From an uncultured virus (IMG/VR IMGVR_UViG_3300018023_000193) (taxonomy: Duplodnaviria > Heunggongvirae > Uroviricota > Caudoviricetes), in the IMG/VR virus record IMGVR_UViG_3300018023_000193: DNA of 64,000 nucleotides; one strand, 5' to 3'. Below, in pieces: positions 30,383 to 40,649 of this stretch; positions within the stretch are counted from its first letter, which is position 1; the number at the start of each line of letters is the position of its first letter. The notes beneath the pieces are model-generated. The model was not told the DNA's origin. It searched no databases and saw nothing but the letters and a program-made list of their open reading frames with translations. The position numbers and the translations under genes were made by a program.

Positions 30383-30847
30383 ATGACAAAGTACGTTGCC
30401 GGTTTTCTTTTCAGTTCTGACGGCTCCAAGGTAGCCTTGATCCACAAGAACCACGGGCCTGCTTCGGTGGTAGGGCACTGGAATGCCATCGGCGGTAAGC
30501 GCACATCCGGAGAGCCTGGGTTGCCAGATGAAAGCGCCAGCGCGGCCATGTGGCGCGAGTTCAATGAAGAGGCTGGAGTTGCCGTGGGTTGGACGCTATT
30601 TCTCAGACTTTTTGGGAAGGATTGGTCTGTTGAGTTCTTTCATGCCTTTGACACAACAAAACTGGAGGCTTGCCGCACGCTGGAGTCCGAAGAGGTGCGC
30701 ATATTCCCAGTTTCGGACCTCCCCAACGTGGTTCCAAACCTTCGATGGATCATCCCGATGGCGAGAGGCCACCAAGACGATCACGTTTGGCTGTACGAGG
30801 TGGAAGAGAAAGAGACTTTTGCGCCATGCGGGAATGATCCAAAATAA
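30383..30847 (+). CDS. NUDIX hydrolase (GC-rich insert)
   Basis: WNAIGGK...ESASAAMWREFNEEAGV Nudix box; GGAGG RBS. Confidence 0.88.
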   Translation: MTKYVAGFLFSSDGSKVALIHKNHGPASVVGHWNAIGGKRTSGEPGLPDESASAAMWREFNEEAGVAVGWTLFLRLFGKDWSVEFFHAFDTTKLEACRTLESEEVRIFPVSDLPNVVPNLRWIIPMARGHQDDHVWLYEVEEKETFAPCGNDPK

Positions 30848-30871
30848 AATTTTGAAGTCTTTGGAGATTAA

Positions 30872-33073
30872 ATGATAAACATTCAATCCAAAAAGATGTT
30901 GGCAAAATTATTAGCTAAAGAAGATTTAACAGTAGTACATGCGGGTATTTGTACTGCGTCCTTCGATCCAAAAAGAAGAATATTAACTCTTCCAATTTGG
31001 AAAGATATATCAAATGATATATATGATCTTTTTATCCTTCATGAAGTATCACATGCATTATTTTCTACACAAGGAGGAAATATATTTACTGAAGCATGTA
31101 TGTATGTTAATCCTATTCATCCTCGGGCTGCAAAAAGACTTATCAATATTGTAGAAGATTGCCGTATTGAAAAACTTATAAAGATCAAATATCCTGGTGG
31201 CCGAAAAGCATTTTTAAATGGATATAAAGAATTAGTAGATAGAGATTTTTTTGCTACGAAATCTCGTAATATAAATGAATTCAATATTATAGACCGTATT
31301 AATGTTTATTTTAAAACGAGAGATTCTTCAATTATTTTTTCTCCAATTGAACATGAATTTGTTGATCGTATTGAAAAAGCATTAATATTTAATGATGTTA
31401 TAGATATTTGTTTTGACTTATATAAGTATGCTAAAGAGGAACAAAAGAAAAAAAGAGAATCACAAAAGGAAGAAAATCAAGAAGAGAAACAAAAAGAACA
31501 GAATGTATCTCAAAAAGAAGATTCTGATGTAATTGATCCCGATTCAGATATTGATGAATCTGATAATGAGGAAGATACTGTAGAACCAGAAAAGGAAGAA
31601 AATGAAATTAAAAAAGATACTTCCAAAGAAACCAAAGAAACCAATGAAGACAAAAAATCCAAAGAAACCACTAAAACCGAAAAGGACAATGAATCGGAAT
31701 TAGATATTCCTATAGAATCGGAAACTGATAAAACTTGGGAAAAATCTCAAGAAAATTTAATTGATTCTATGGCTAAAAATGTTAAATATTTAGGTATACC
31801 TATTCCAAAATTAGATCAAATTATTATTCCTTATTGGGTAGTTCATTCTGAAATTAGATTATTTTATGATCAAAAACCAAATATGGTTTCTCTTCATACT
31901 AATGAATTTGAAAAATTTAAAGAAGAAAATAAACCAGTGGTTGCATGGTTACAAAAAGAATTTGAAATACATAAAGCGGCCGATGCATACCGTAGAACCC
32001 AAATTTCAAATATGGGAATTATCGATCTTCATAAATTAAATAGGTATAAATTTGAAGATGATATTATGTTGAAAGTGGCCACTATACCAGAAGGTAAGAA
32101 TCATATTTTACAAATTTTTGTTGATTGGAGTGGTTCCATGGAACCACATATGTTGGGAGCTATTCATCAATTATTGAATTTGGTTTTATTTGCTAAAAAA
32201 GAACAAATTCCATTTGATGTTTATACTTTTGGATCATATGCAACACATAGTAAGCAAAATATTTTTTCTTTGGGAATAGAAGCAAACGCGGATGAATTTA
32301 TACATCATAAAGATGATTTTGCTTTTTTTGCAGGATTTAAGTTACGTCAAATTTTATCAAGTAATATGTCCGCCACAGATTTTAATGATGCTTGTATTAA
32401 TTTATTAATGATGGCTTCTAGTAATCAACTTTCTTTACCACCCACAGATTTAATGGGAGGTACTCCTTTAAATGAAACCATTGTAACTGCGATAGAGATG
32501 GTTAAACCATTTTGTAAGAAATATCAAAAAGTAAATACAATTTTTATTACAGATGGTGAAGCAACAACAGATCATTATTATGTAGGTAATGAAGAAGGAC
32601 ATGTATTACCTATTGATTGTAATAAAAATGATATATTTTTGAAAGATCCAATAACTCATATAGATTATCCAATTTCGGTATCATCTATGGAAAATACTTC
32701 ACAATTTTTACAAATTTTCCGTAATCGTACAGGAGTTAATGCTATTGGATTTTTTATTTCGGGAGATTCTGAAGAATTAAAAAATCATGCGTTTGAAATT
32801 TTATGTCCTAAAAGATGGATAGATGAAGATAGCCAAAATAAATTAAGAGGTGAATTTAATAAAAATGGTTTTATTTTGGCTGATGATATGGGATATAATG
32901 AATTTTATATTATTCCTGGAGGAAAAGAATTGAAAATTCATTTACCATCAAGTCCGTTTGCGCCAGCAATGCCAATGAGTAATCGTCAAATGGTAACAGC
33001 AATGACTGATCATGGATTGAAACAGAGGAAACAACGCGTAGTTCTCACTCGGTTTATACGGATGATTTCTTAA
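30872..33073 (+). CDS. CobT-like protein: HExxH peptidase-like N-terminus, acidic linker, vWA domain
   Basis: LAKLLAKEDL, LHEVSHAL, DWSGSM MIDAS, GGTPL, ITDGE. Confidence 0.82.
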   Translation: MINIQSKKMLAKLLAKEDLTVVHAGICTASFDPKRRILTLPIWKDISNDIYDLFILHEVSHALFSTQGGNIFTEACMYVNPIHPRAAKRLINIVEDCRIEKLIKIKYPGGRKAFLNGYKELVDRDFFATKSRNINEFNIIDRINVYFKTRDSSIIFSPIEHEFVDRIEKALIFNDVIDICFDLYKYAKEEQKKKRESQKEENQEEKQKEQNVSQKEDSDVIDPDSDIDESDNEEDTVEPEKEENEIKKDTSKETKETNEDKKSKETTKTEKDNESELDIPIESETDKTWEKSQENLIDSMAKNVKYLGIPIPKLDQIIIPYWVVHSEIRLFYDQKPNMVSLHTNEFEKFKEENKPVVAWLQKEFEIHKAADAYRRTQISNMGIIDLHKLNRYKFEDDIMLKVATIPEGKNHILQIFVDWSGSMEPHMLGAIHQLLNLVLFAKKEQIPFDVYTFGSYATHSKQNIFSLGIEANADEFIHHKDDFAFFAGFKLRQILSSNMSATDFNDACINLLMMASSNQLSLPPTDLMGGTPLNETIVTAIEMVKPFCKKYQKVNTIFITDGEATTDHYYVGNEEGHVLPIDCNKNDIFLKDPITHIDYPISVSSMENTSQFLQIFRNRTGVNAIGFFISGDSEELKNHAFEILCPKRWIDEDSQNKLRGEFNKNGFILADDMGYNEFYIIPGGKELKIHLPSSPFAPAMPMSNRQMVTAMTDHGLKQRKQRVVLTRFIRMIS

Positions 33074-33119
33074 TTTTATAATGTCCGCGTTTTTTAACAA
33101 GATTCATTAAATAGGGTAC

Positions 33120-33148
33120 TTGACAATTCATTGAAAATATAGTATAAT
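33120..33148 (+). promoter_or_regulatory. Sigma70-type promoter
   Basis: TTGACA-N17-TATAAT. Confidence 0.8.
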
Positions 33149-33166
33149 TAAAGATAGGGGTTAGAA

Positions 33167-33493
33167 ATGTCCAAGAAAAAAGTGGATAATAATTCACCAA
33201 AAAGTTTAACAACAAGCCAAAGATTATTTTTAGATCAACTAATTGCAAAATTTGGAAAGAATGCAAATCTTGTAAAACGTTCTGATTTATTAAAAGCTAC
33301 AAAAGAGATTAATGGTTTAAAATTTGCACCATCATGGATTAGTAAGAATTTAAAGGTTCGTATTCCAGATAAACGGGCCCGATATGATTTGACTGTTCTT
33401 TTAAAATTGCCAGTTGTGGCATTTAAAGATGTAGTAATTAAAACGAAACCATTGAAAGTTCCAAAGGAGCCAGTTGAACCTGAAGTATGGTAA
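33167..33493 (+). CDS. Basic protein resembling the N-terminal domain of phage CobS-like ATPases
   Basis: LTTSQRLFLDQLIAKFG...KFAPSWISKN. Confidence 0.5.
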   Translation: MSKKKVDNNSPKSLTTSQRLFLDQLIAKFGKNANLVKRSDLLKATKEINGLKFAPSWISKNLKVRIPDKRARYDLTVLLKLPVVAFKDVVIKTKPLKVPKEPVEPEVW

Positions 33494-33555
33494 GATGAAA
33501 ATGATGTAAAAGCGAAACCTTTTGGAATAGAATAAAAAATTGGATAATATACATT

Positions 33556-34485
33556 ATGAAGAAGAAAATTGAAAATTCAAATAATTTTATTCCTGAAAAA
33601 GACCCAACCTTTGTTCCTTTTGGTTGTTATAATGATGTAAAAACTATTATTGATAGTGGTATTTTTCTACCATTTTATATTACAGGTCCCACAAGATCTG
33701 GGAAGACATTAATTCCTTTACAGATTTGTGCAGAAAATAAGAAAAATTTGTATCGAGTAAATATTACGATTGAAACGGATGAAAGTGATTTATTAGGAAG
33801 TTATAAGTTAATTAATGGAGATACAATTTGGGAAGATGGACCAGCAGTTAAAGCAGCCGAAGATCCTAGTGGTGCACTTCTTTTATTAGATGAAATTGAT
33901 TTAGGTTCTTCCAAATTTTTATGTATGCAACCTCTTTTAGAAGGTAGTGGAATTTATATTAAAAAAATTAATCGTTGGGTGCATCCTTGTAAGGGTTTCA
34001 ATATTGTAGCTACAGCTAATACAAAAGGTCGAGGTAGTGAAGATGGTAAATATATTGGAACAAATGTAATGAATGAAGCATTATTGGAAAGATTTCCTTT
34101 AATGTATGAACAAGGATATCCAAATTCAAAAATAACTGCCAAAATTCTTAAAAAGAATTTATCAATATATGGTATTGAATCTCCTGATTTTATTGATTGT
34201 TTGTGTCAATGGGCAGAAAATATACGGCAAACATATAATCAAGGTGGTGTAGATGAAACAATTAGTACTGGTCGTTTAGTATATATTGTGAAAGCTTATG
34301 CCATTTTTAAACGTAATAGAATTAAGGCTATTCGAGATAGTATTGCTAGATTTGATTTAAATACTCAAACTAGTTTCCTTGATGTTTATACCAAAATAGA
34401 TCCAAATGCACAAGATGGACCTGATGATATAGGAAATGAAGATAATTCACACCCTATTGCTCCGCCAATTAAGAAAACTTGGTAA
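33556..34485 (+). CDS. CobS/MoxR-like AAA+ ATPase
   Basis: IPEKDPTFVPFG, GPTRSGKT, LLLDEID, ATANTKGRG, NEALLERF. Confidence 0.9.
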   Translation: MKKKIENSNNFIPEKDPTFVPFGCYNDVKTIIDSGIFLPFYITGPTRSGKTLIPLQICAENKKNLYRVNITIETDESDLLGSYKLINGDTIWEDGPAVKAAEDPSGALLLLDEIDLGSSKFLCMQPLLEGSGIYIKKINRWVHPCKGFNIVATANTKGRGSEDGKYIGTNVMNEALLERFPLMYEQGYPNSKITAKILKKNLSIYGIESPDFIDCLCQWAENIRQTYNQGGVDETISTGRLVYIVKAYAIFKRNRIKAIRDSIARFDLNTQTSFLDVYTKIDPNAQDGPDDIGNEDNSHPIAPPIKKTW

Positions 34486-34514
34486 TTGACAACCAAATAG
34501 AAATATGTTATAAT
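34486..34514 (+). promoter_or_regulatory. Sigma70-type promoter
   Basis: TTGACA-N17-TATAAT. Confidence 0.8.
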
Positions 34515-34559
34515 GAATAATGATAAAAAGAAAATTTAGTATTTTGGGATATATTTAAA

Positions 34560-35003
34560 ATGAATGAAGAATTATGGAAAAAAGAACCGCCTCCAATAGT
34601 AAATAATAAACCTGCTATTTGGGATCTTGTATTAAGTGATTTATCAAGACAAAAATTTCCTCCAGGATCAATACAAGAAAAAACACAATTAAAATTGATG
34701 GATGATATTAAATTAAGGGACCGTACAGGATATCATAAGTATGGTACAAGACTTCAACCATTCAATGGGCGTGATGCATTAAAAGATGCTTATGAAGAAC
34801 ATTTGGATAGTTTAGTATATATGCGCCAAGCTTTATTTGAAGCAATGGATACCGTAATAGTTACTAAAGATTCTGAAGCATATAAATTAGTTTTAATGCA
34901 ACATTATAAATCGGTATTGGAAAATACATTAAGATTGAAATTTATAATTGAAATGAAAAAGGAATTAGCTAATGTCTCTATTATTAACACCAATAACAAC
35001 TGA
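34560..35003 (+). CDS. Hypothetical protein, possibly MazG-like all-helical nucleotide pyrophosphatase
   Basis: R..G..KYGT.L...DAYEEHLD.LVY motif. Confidence 0.5.
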   Translation: MNEELWKKEPPPIVNNKPAIWDLVLSDLSRQKFPPGSIQEKTQLKLMDDIKLRDRTGYHKYGTRLQPFNGRDALKDAYEEHLDSLVYMRQALFEAMDTVIVTKDSEAYKLVLMQHYKSVLENTLRLKFIIEMKKELANVSIINTNNN

Positions 35004-35670
35004 TATTTTAAAGAATTTTGCAACTATTAATCAAACATTATTGTTTCCAAAAGGAAATAATTTGGTAACACGTTCTGTAAAGAAACATACTTTTGCAGAA
35101 GTAGAAATAACAGAAAAATTTCCTAAAAGATTTACAATTTATGATTTAACTCAATTTTTATCAGTAACAACACAATTTGAAAAACCAACATTGATTTTTG
35201 ATGAAGCTGATGAATATGTTAAAATTAGTGATGAATCTGGTGGTTTATCGGTTAAATATCATTATGGAGATGAAGCTTTAGCATATATTCCAGATCCTAA
35301 GAAAAAAATAGCTTTACCTAGTACTGAAGTTACCTTAAAATTAACAGAAGCTCAATTTCGATCAATTACAAATATGGCTAGAACTTTAGGAACGCCTGAA
35401 TTGGCTCTTGAAAGTGATGGTAAAAAGTTAAGTCTAACTACATTAGATAGTAAAAATAGCAGTACAAATACAACCAGTCTTGAAATTGGTAAAGCACCTG
35501 CTAAAATTCCTCCATTTAAATTTGTTTGGAAAATTGATTATTTAACATTAATTCCAGGCACTTATGATGTTGCAGTATGTAAAGATGGTATTAGCCGCTT
35601 TAAACATGAGACTTTACCACTTACATATCATATTGTATTAGAAGCAAATGCTAGTCAATATGGTAATTAA
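34972..35670 (+). CDS. gp45: Sliding clamp
   Basis: ILKNFATINQ, F.IYDLTQFLS, IPGTYDV. Confidence 0.92.
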   Translation: MSLLLTPITTDILKNFATINQTLLFPKGNNLVTRSVKKHTFAEVEITEKFPKRFTIYDLTQFLSVTTQFEKPTLIFDEADEYVKISDESGGLSVKYHYGDEALAYIPDPKKKIALPSTEVTLKLTEAQFRSITNMARTLGTPELALESDGKKLSLTTLDSKNSSTNTTSLEIGKAPAKIPPFKFVWKIDYLTLIPGTYDVAVCKDGISRFKHETLPLTYHIVLEANASQYGN

Positions 35671-35675
35671 AATGT

Positions 35676-35751
35676 GGAGTTATCTTCTAAATGGATAGGA
35701 AGGTGGCCCTTCACGCCACAAATCCGAGTTCAATCCTCGGTAACTCTACCA
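35676..35751 (+). tRNA. tRNA-Glu(UUC)
   Basis: Cloverleaf; anticodon arm GTGGC-CC TTC AC-GCCAC; encoded CCA. Confidence 0.88.
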
Positions 35752-35792
35752 AAATATTATGGATAATAAATCAAATAATGTGAAAAGGAAAA

Positions 35793-36062
35793 ATGGAAAT
35801 TATGGCACAAATGAAAATTAATATTAAAACTAAAGAAGTTAAAAAAGAATCTAGACGTTTAGGATCTATTACATATGGAACAGTATTTTCTGGATATATT
35901 GATGGTTTGGGTAATGGAATTTTTCTTTTAGCTGGTGAAGGTGTTTTTAAATTAGATAAATCACTTCATCCTTTTAATTCTATATATGTAGGTCCTGAAT
36001 GGGATATTATAGTTAAAGGATACAAGGAATTAAAATCAACCTTGACTATTGAAAATGGCTAA
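35793..36062 (+). CDS. Hypothetical protein
   Basis: ORF with RBS. Confidence 0.5.
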   Translation: MEIMAQMKINIKTKEVKKESRRLGSITYGTVFSGYIDGLGNGIFLLAGEGVFKLDKSLHPFNSIYVGPEWDIIVKGYKELKSTLTIENG

Positions 36063-36336
36063 ATCTACTAAAAGAAAAAATACAACTTTACATTGCCAAT
36101 TTTGTGGTCAGAAACGTAAAATGGCTCAATTTTTGGCAATTGATACCAGTGAACCAGAAAATAAAGAAAAACGTAAAACATATCCCTTTAGTGTAAAGAA
36201 GTTCCTTGATTTAATTCAATCAGATCAAGTAGTTAAATTACCAAAATATTATGCAGGAGTTTGTAGTGCATGTTTACAACCTACATATTATCAAGGACAA
36301 AATCAAGGAACTAAATTGAAAGTGGTGGTTACATAA
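36049..36336 (+). CDS. Small zinc-finger protein (CQFC...CSAC)
   Basis: Two CxxC pairs; contains the 65-nt segment also found in the DNA ligase. Confidence 0.6.
   Translation: MKMAKSTKRKNTTLHCQFCGQKRKMAQFLAIDTSEPENKEKRKTYPFSVKKFLDLIQSDQVVKLPKYYAGVCSACLQPTYYQGQNQGTKLKVVVT
36224..36288 (+). repeat. 65-nt exact repeat, copy 1
   Basis: ATCAAGTAGTTAAATTACCAAAATATTATGCAGGAGTTTGTAGTGCATGTTTACAACCTACATAT, identical to 49391-49455. Confidence 0.95.
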
Positions 36337-36526
36337 TGGAAAAATGTAAAATTTGTGGAGAGAGTGACCAATTATTTCCTGATCGCGCGGGTTATTTTAT
36401 GATGCTGTAATTCTTGAGGGTGAAATGAAAGGAGCACCATTACTTTGTAGATGGTGTAGAGATCCTAAATATCCTACAATAATTAAATTGAAAAAAGAAA
36501 AGGAAAAAGTATTACATGATTCGTAA
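36336..36526 (+). pseudogene. Frameshifted small zinc-finger gene
   Basis: MEKCKICGE in one frame, LLCRWCRDP in another. Confidence 0.4.
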
Positions 36527-37460
36527 AGAAATTATTTGGGCAGAGAAATATCGTCCACGTACGGTAAAAGATACAGTCCTTCCAGAAAACCTCAGAATAA
36601 TATTCCAATCTTATGTAGATCAAAATATTATTCCTAATATAACTTTACATGGTGTTCCAGGAATTGGAAAAACAACTATTGCTCGTGCGCTATGTGATGA
36701 GTTGGATGCGGATAGTTTAATTATCAATTGTTCTGAAAATGGTAATATTGATACATTGAGAACAGATATTCGTGGTTTTTCATCAACAGTATCTATGACT
36801 GGTGGACGTAAAGTAGTTATTTTGGATGAAGCTGATGGGCTTACCAAGTTAACTCAAGAAGCATTACGGAATTTCATGGAAGAATTTTCTGGAAATTGTA
36901 GTTTTATTTTAACTATCAATTTTAAGAATCAAGTAATTGATGCTTTATTTTCTCGCTGTCCTATTGTTGATTTTAAACCAACAAAAGAAGAAAAAGTTTC
37001 TATGGCCAAACAAATGCATCAACGGATTGCCGAAATCTTAAAGATAGAAAAGATCCCATTTGAAAATGCAGTTTTAATGCAATTGATTTCGAAATTCTTT
37101 CCTGATTTTCGTATGACAATTGGTGTAATTCAAAGATATGCAATTACAGGAAAGATTGATTCAGGTATTTTAAGCCAGTTGGCCGATGTTCCGATTAAGG
37201 AACTTTTAGCAGCAATGAAAGATAAAGATTTTGGTAAAGTGAGAAAGTGGGTAGCTAATAACGCAGATAATGAACCCACGCGCATATATCGGCAGTTGTT
37301 TGATGTGATGTATGTTCATTTTAAGCCAGAATTCATTCCACAATTTGTTTTGATTTTGGGTGATTTTCTGGATCAAGCATCACGTAGTTTGGATCAAGAA
37401 ATTTGTTTGCTTGCGTTTTTAACAACTGTAATGGCAGATGAAGGATTTGAAGTTATATGA
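36516..37460 (+). CDS. gp44: Clamp loader ATPase subunit
   Basis: WAEKYRP, GVPGIGKTT, VVILDEAD, SRC. Confidence 0.95.
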   Translation: MIRKEIIWAEKYRPRTVKDTVLPENLRIIFQSYVDQNIIPNITLHGVPGIGKTTIARALCDELDADSLIINCSENGNIDTLRTDIRGFSSTVSMTGGRKVVILDEADGLTKLTQEALRNFMEEFSGNCSFILTINFKNQVIDALFSRCPIVDFKPTKEEKVSMAKQMHQRIAEILKIEKIPFENAVLMQLISKFFPDFRMTIGVIQRYAITGKIDSGILSQLADVPIKELLAAMKDKDFGKVRKWVANNADNEPTRIYRQLFDVMYVHFKPEFIPQFVLILGDFLDQASRSLDQEICLLAFLTTVMADEGFEVI

Positions 37461-38341
37461 AAATTAAAACTTGTATCCTTGTAGATCCTATGGGCACCTC
37501 TATGCATACAGCAGAAGAGGAAGTAGAAACTCATAAAAAAGTATTTGCTGCTTTAATTTTTCCATGTGAATTGGATGCATATCGGGCGCATTCCGTGGGT
37601 GGTATTCAAGAAGGTACAGATTTAGTTATTTACGATTTTGGTGGAATGCTGCCAGGAACCTCATTGATGGAAGATAATTCACGGTATTTGATTAAATGGG
37701 CTGAAAATAATCCTAATTCTTTGATACTTGTGGTTTCAGATTATACTTATCGTGTATATGTAAAATATGAAATAGATGAATTGTTTGAAAAGGGGGGTAT
37801 AGAATTACATAATATAATTTTGGAAGACCATAACAAAGATCATTCATTTCCGCAATGGTGGTTAGATGACCATGGTATTGTTATTAGTGGTGATAATCTC
37901 GATAAAGCATTTGATGCTTCAATAGATTCACCGACAGAAGATTTGGTAGAGGAAAAATATGTACCAAAGAAAACTGTTAAGAAAAAGAAAATTGCAAAGA
38001 AAAAGAAAGAGCCAAAAGAAATCAAAAATGATCCGGATCCAGTTGTCAAAAAGCCAAGAGTTCCAGTGGCTACAATTTCTGTCCCAGTTCAAAGAGATTG
38101 GTATCCCGGACAAACTAAAGGGACAATGAGATTTAAATTGGCAGATTGTATGGTAGATGTAATTGAAAATGAAAATACACCAAAAGAAAAACAAGTAGCA
38201 CATTTCGGTGGAACCTTTTTTGGGTTTTATGAAATTTCTTTTCCCGATGGGAATGGTGATTTATGGTCTTATTCAATTCATCCAGAAGATTTTTATGCAG
38301 CATTTAAAACAATGCATGAACAATTATTGAAAGAAGGATAA
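37457..38341 (+). CDS. Hypothetical protein with receiver-like N-terminal domain
   Basis: CILVD..., DLVIYD, ILVVS beta-strand pattern; Lys-rich linker. Confidence 0.45.
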   Translation: MKIKTCILVDPMGTSMHTAEEEVETHKKVFAALIFPCELDAYRAHSVGGIQEGTDLVIYDFGGMLPGTSLMEDNSRYLIKWAENNPNSLILVVSDYTYRVYVKYEIDELFEKGGIELHNIILEDHNKDHSFPQWWLDDHGIVISGDNLDKAFDASIDSPTEDLVEEKYVPKKTVKKKKIAKKKKEPKEIKNDPDPVVKKPRVPVATISVPVQRDWYPGQTKGTMRFKLADCMVDVIENENTPKEKQVAHFGGTFFGFYEISFPDGNGDLWSYSIHPEDFYAAFKTMHEQLLKEG

Positions 38342-38431
38342 TAATATGACAGAAAAGAAAGTAGTAAAAATGAAAAGACAATCGGGAGATATCCTATCAG
38401 ATGCGGATGGTACTTGGGAATATATTCTGTA

Positions 38432-38851
38432 ATGGCAGATTTTTTTAGGTTTTTAGATTCAATTAATAAAACGAAAAAAAATTTACTTGAGGATTCTGAA
38501 TCAGATCCTCAAATAACTGAAAAAGAATATAAGCGGTATGCGTATGTGATAAATCGTATATTTGCTCGTTTTCCTGATTCACTTTATTATGCCCAAGAAA
38601 TGAATAAAAGATCGAGTTTAGATGGTGCTCCTCAATATCTTTTTTATCTGTATGGTGTTTCTGCGCGTCCTCGTTTTGCAAAAGGAACAAAAGATGAAAA
38701 ACCTGAAAATTTAGATTTAGTTAAAGAATATTATTCCTATTCTACTAAAAAAGCTAGAGAAGCATTGAAAATCCTTACTGAAAAGGATCTTGAATATATT
38801 AAATCTCGAATGTATCAGGGTGGTATAAATAAAAAGAAAAATGTTTTATAA
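38432..38851 (+). CDS. gp62: Clamp loader small subunit
   Basis: FLDSINKTK, YAQEMN, LVKEYYSYS.KKAREAL.IL. Confidence 0.9.
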   Translation: MADFFRFLDSINKTKKNLLEDSESDPQITEKEYKRYAYVINRIFARFPDSLYYAQEMNKRSSLDGAPQYLFYLYGVSARPRFAKGTKDEKPENLDLVKEYYSYSTKKAREALKILTEKDLEYIKSRMYQGGINKKKNVL

Positions 38852-38968
38852 AGATATTTCAGGTCCATCTAAAGACTATTGATCATATAAATAATAATGA
38901 AAATTATGAGCCTGGTAATGTTGGGTGGGCCACAAGATCTGAACAACAAAGAAATAAAAGGAAAAATT

Positions 38969-39373
38969 ATGTTATTTGATGATATTGGAATTGAAGTCAC
39001 TTTATCCTCACCGGATGATTTTTTAAAAACTAAGGAAACTTTAACTCGTATTGGAATAGCTTCACGTAAAGAACCAAAATTATATCAATCGGCACATATA
39101 TTACATAAACAAGGTCACTATAAAATTCTCCATTTTAAAGAACTTTTTGCATTAGATGGAAAACAAACGAATTTTTCAGAAGAAGATAAAGGGCGCCGTA
39201 ATACAATTGCAAATCTTTTGGCAGAATGGGGATTAGTAAAATTGGTGGATCCAGAAAAATCTAAATCACCTATTACACCAATTAATTTAATTAAAATTTT
39301 ATCTTTCAAAGAAAAGGAAGGATGGACTTTAGTTCCAAAATATAATATTGGAAAACCGAAAAGAGTGATATAA
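38969..39373 (+). CDS. regA: Translational repressor
   Basis: DDFLKTKETLTRIGIAS, LYQSAHILHKQG, HFKELFALDG, RRNTIA.LL.EWGL. Confidence 0.95.
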   Translation: MLFDDIGIEVTLSSPDDFLKTKETLTRIGIASRKEPKLYQSAHILHKQGHYKILHFKELFALDGKQTNFSEEDKGRRNTIANLLAEWGLVKLVDPEKSKSPITPINLIKILSFKEKEGWTLVPKYNIGKPKRVI

Positions 39374-39621
39374 TGTTTGATAATCAAAAAATTTCTGAAT
39401 TAAAGGAACAAGTAAAGAATAATCCTGATAATGTAGTAAGCCCCAAAGTAAATGAAATGATGCAGGATATAGTTGAAAAAAGATCTAAAACTCTTTCTAC
39501 ATCTCAATTACTCCGTCAGCGGGCTCAAGAATCATTAAATAATCAAATAGATCCTAATATTGTAGAAATGTCAGACCGGCGTTATTCTAAAATTTCTACT
39601 GGGTGGAAAAAGCAAAAATAA
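39373..39621 (+). CDS. Hypothetical protein
   Basis: ORF coupled to regA. Confidence 0.5.
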   Translation: MFDNQKISELKEQVKNNPDNVVSPKVNEMMQDIVEKRSKTLSTSQLLRQRAQESLNNQIDPNIVEMSDRRYSKISTGWKKQK

Positions 39622-39624
39622 ATC

Positions 39625-39653
39625 TTGACAAAAATATTGAGGTATGATATAAT
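39625..39653 (+). promoter_or_regulatory. Sigma70-type promoter
   Basis: TTGACA-N17-TATAAT, 8 nt before ATG. Confidence 0.8.
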
Positions 39654-39661
39654 TTTGTATT

Positions 39662-40306
39662 ATGTTGAATAAAAAGAAAGCTAAAGATTATTTTGATTAT
39701 TCGGTTTTGCATAGTTTTTTAGAATCTAAAGTTGGACAACTTTGGGATAAAGTATATTCTGAAATTTGCCATTTTGCTGATGATAAAACTGAAATAGGAC
39801 AGGAAATTCGTCATCGTATTTTATGGATGGTAGAAAAAAATGTTTATATATTAAATGGTGAAGCATATACTCAACATTCACATTTTCCTAAAATTTATCC
39901 TATTGAAGATCTTTATGTAGATCCAAATACTGGTTTTCTTTGTAAAGGAAAATATAAGAGTAGATCTTGGAAACAACCTCATACAAATGAATTAGAAATT
40001 GATTATATTCAAAGTAAATTTTTACCAATAAATTTGGGTTTTGGTGATGTATATGACTTTAAACAAATCAAAGGTTGTTGGTTTGTTTATTGGATAACAA
40101 AAAATGAAACTACTTATCCAATATATCATAATGGTGTTAAGGTTGATGATGGTATCTATATACAGGAGAATTACCATCAACGCCAATTATCCAAAGAAGA
40201 AATAAAGAAAAATGTAACACCAAATCTACAAAAAGGAACCAATAGTAAATTGTATGCTCGGATAAGAACTTACCTCCCAGCATCAGAGTGGAAATTAAAT
40301 GGCTAG
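39662..40306 (+). CDS. Hypothetical protein
   Basis: FLESKVGQLWDKVYSEIC...LYVDPNTG, reminiscent of an uncharacterised bacterial family. Confidence 0.6.
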   Translation: MLNKKKAKDYFDYSVLHSFLESKVGQLWDKVYSEICHFADDKTEIGQEIRHRILWMVEKNVYILNGEAYTQHSHFPKIYPIEDLYVDPNTGFLCKGKYKSRSWKQPHTNELEIDYIQSKFLPINLGFGDVYDFKQIKGCWFVYWITKNETTYPIYHNGVKVDDGIYIQENYHQRQLSKEEIKKNVTPNLQKGTNSKLYARIRTYLPASEWKLNG

Positions 40307-40511
40307 ACAGATTAACGAAACGTTGGAATTAGAAAGAGAGAATGAGTTATATTCGGATACTCTTTACTTATTGAAAACAGAACTTGGAAAGATCCGGAGA
40401 GAATATACTTTGGAAAGTAATACACAATTGTCCTTGATTGATATAGGCCGCTTGGATGATGATTTGGAATCGCTTGTTCAAGCTATCGAAACCACACTTC
40501 TTGGCCTATAA
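40299..40511 (+). CDS. Hypothetical protein
   Basis: Coupled 70-aa ORF. Confidence 0.45.
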   Translation: MARQINETLELERENELYSDTLYLLKTELGKIRREYTLESNTQLSLIDIGRLDDDLESLVQAIETTLLGL

Positions 40512-40649
40512 AACACATTTTTATGATTTCCAATCGCTCTATCTTGTTGATTTAGAATGAGATAAAATTCATGGATTTTTGTTTTACTTGAATCTGCGTA
40601 ATACCGCACCTTTTCTTAACCTTTAAAGAAACCATCAAATAAATATTTG

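Noticed and set aside
30361..30886. Alternative-frame ORFs over the NUDIX gene
   Set aside because: High GC reduces stop frequency; only the NUDIX frame has an RBS and a recognisable motif
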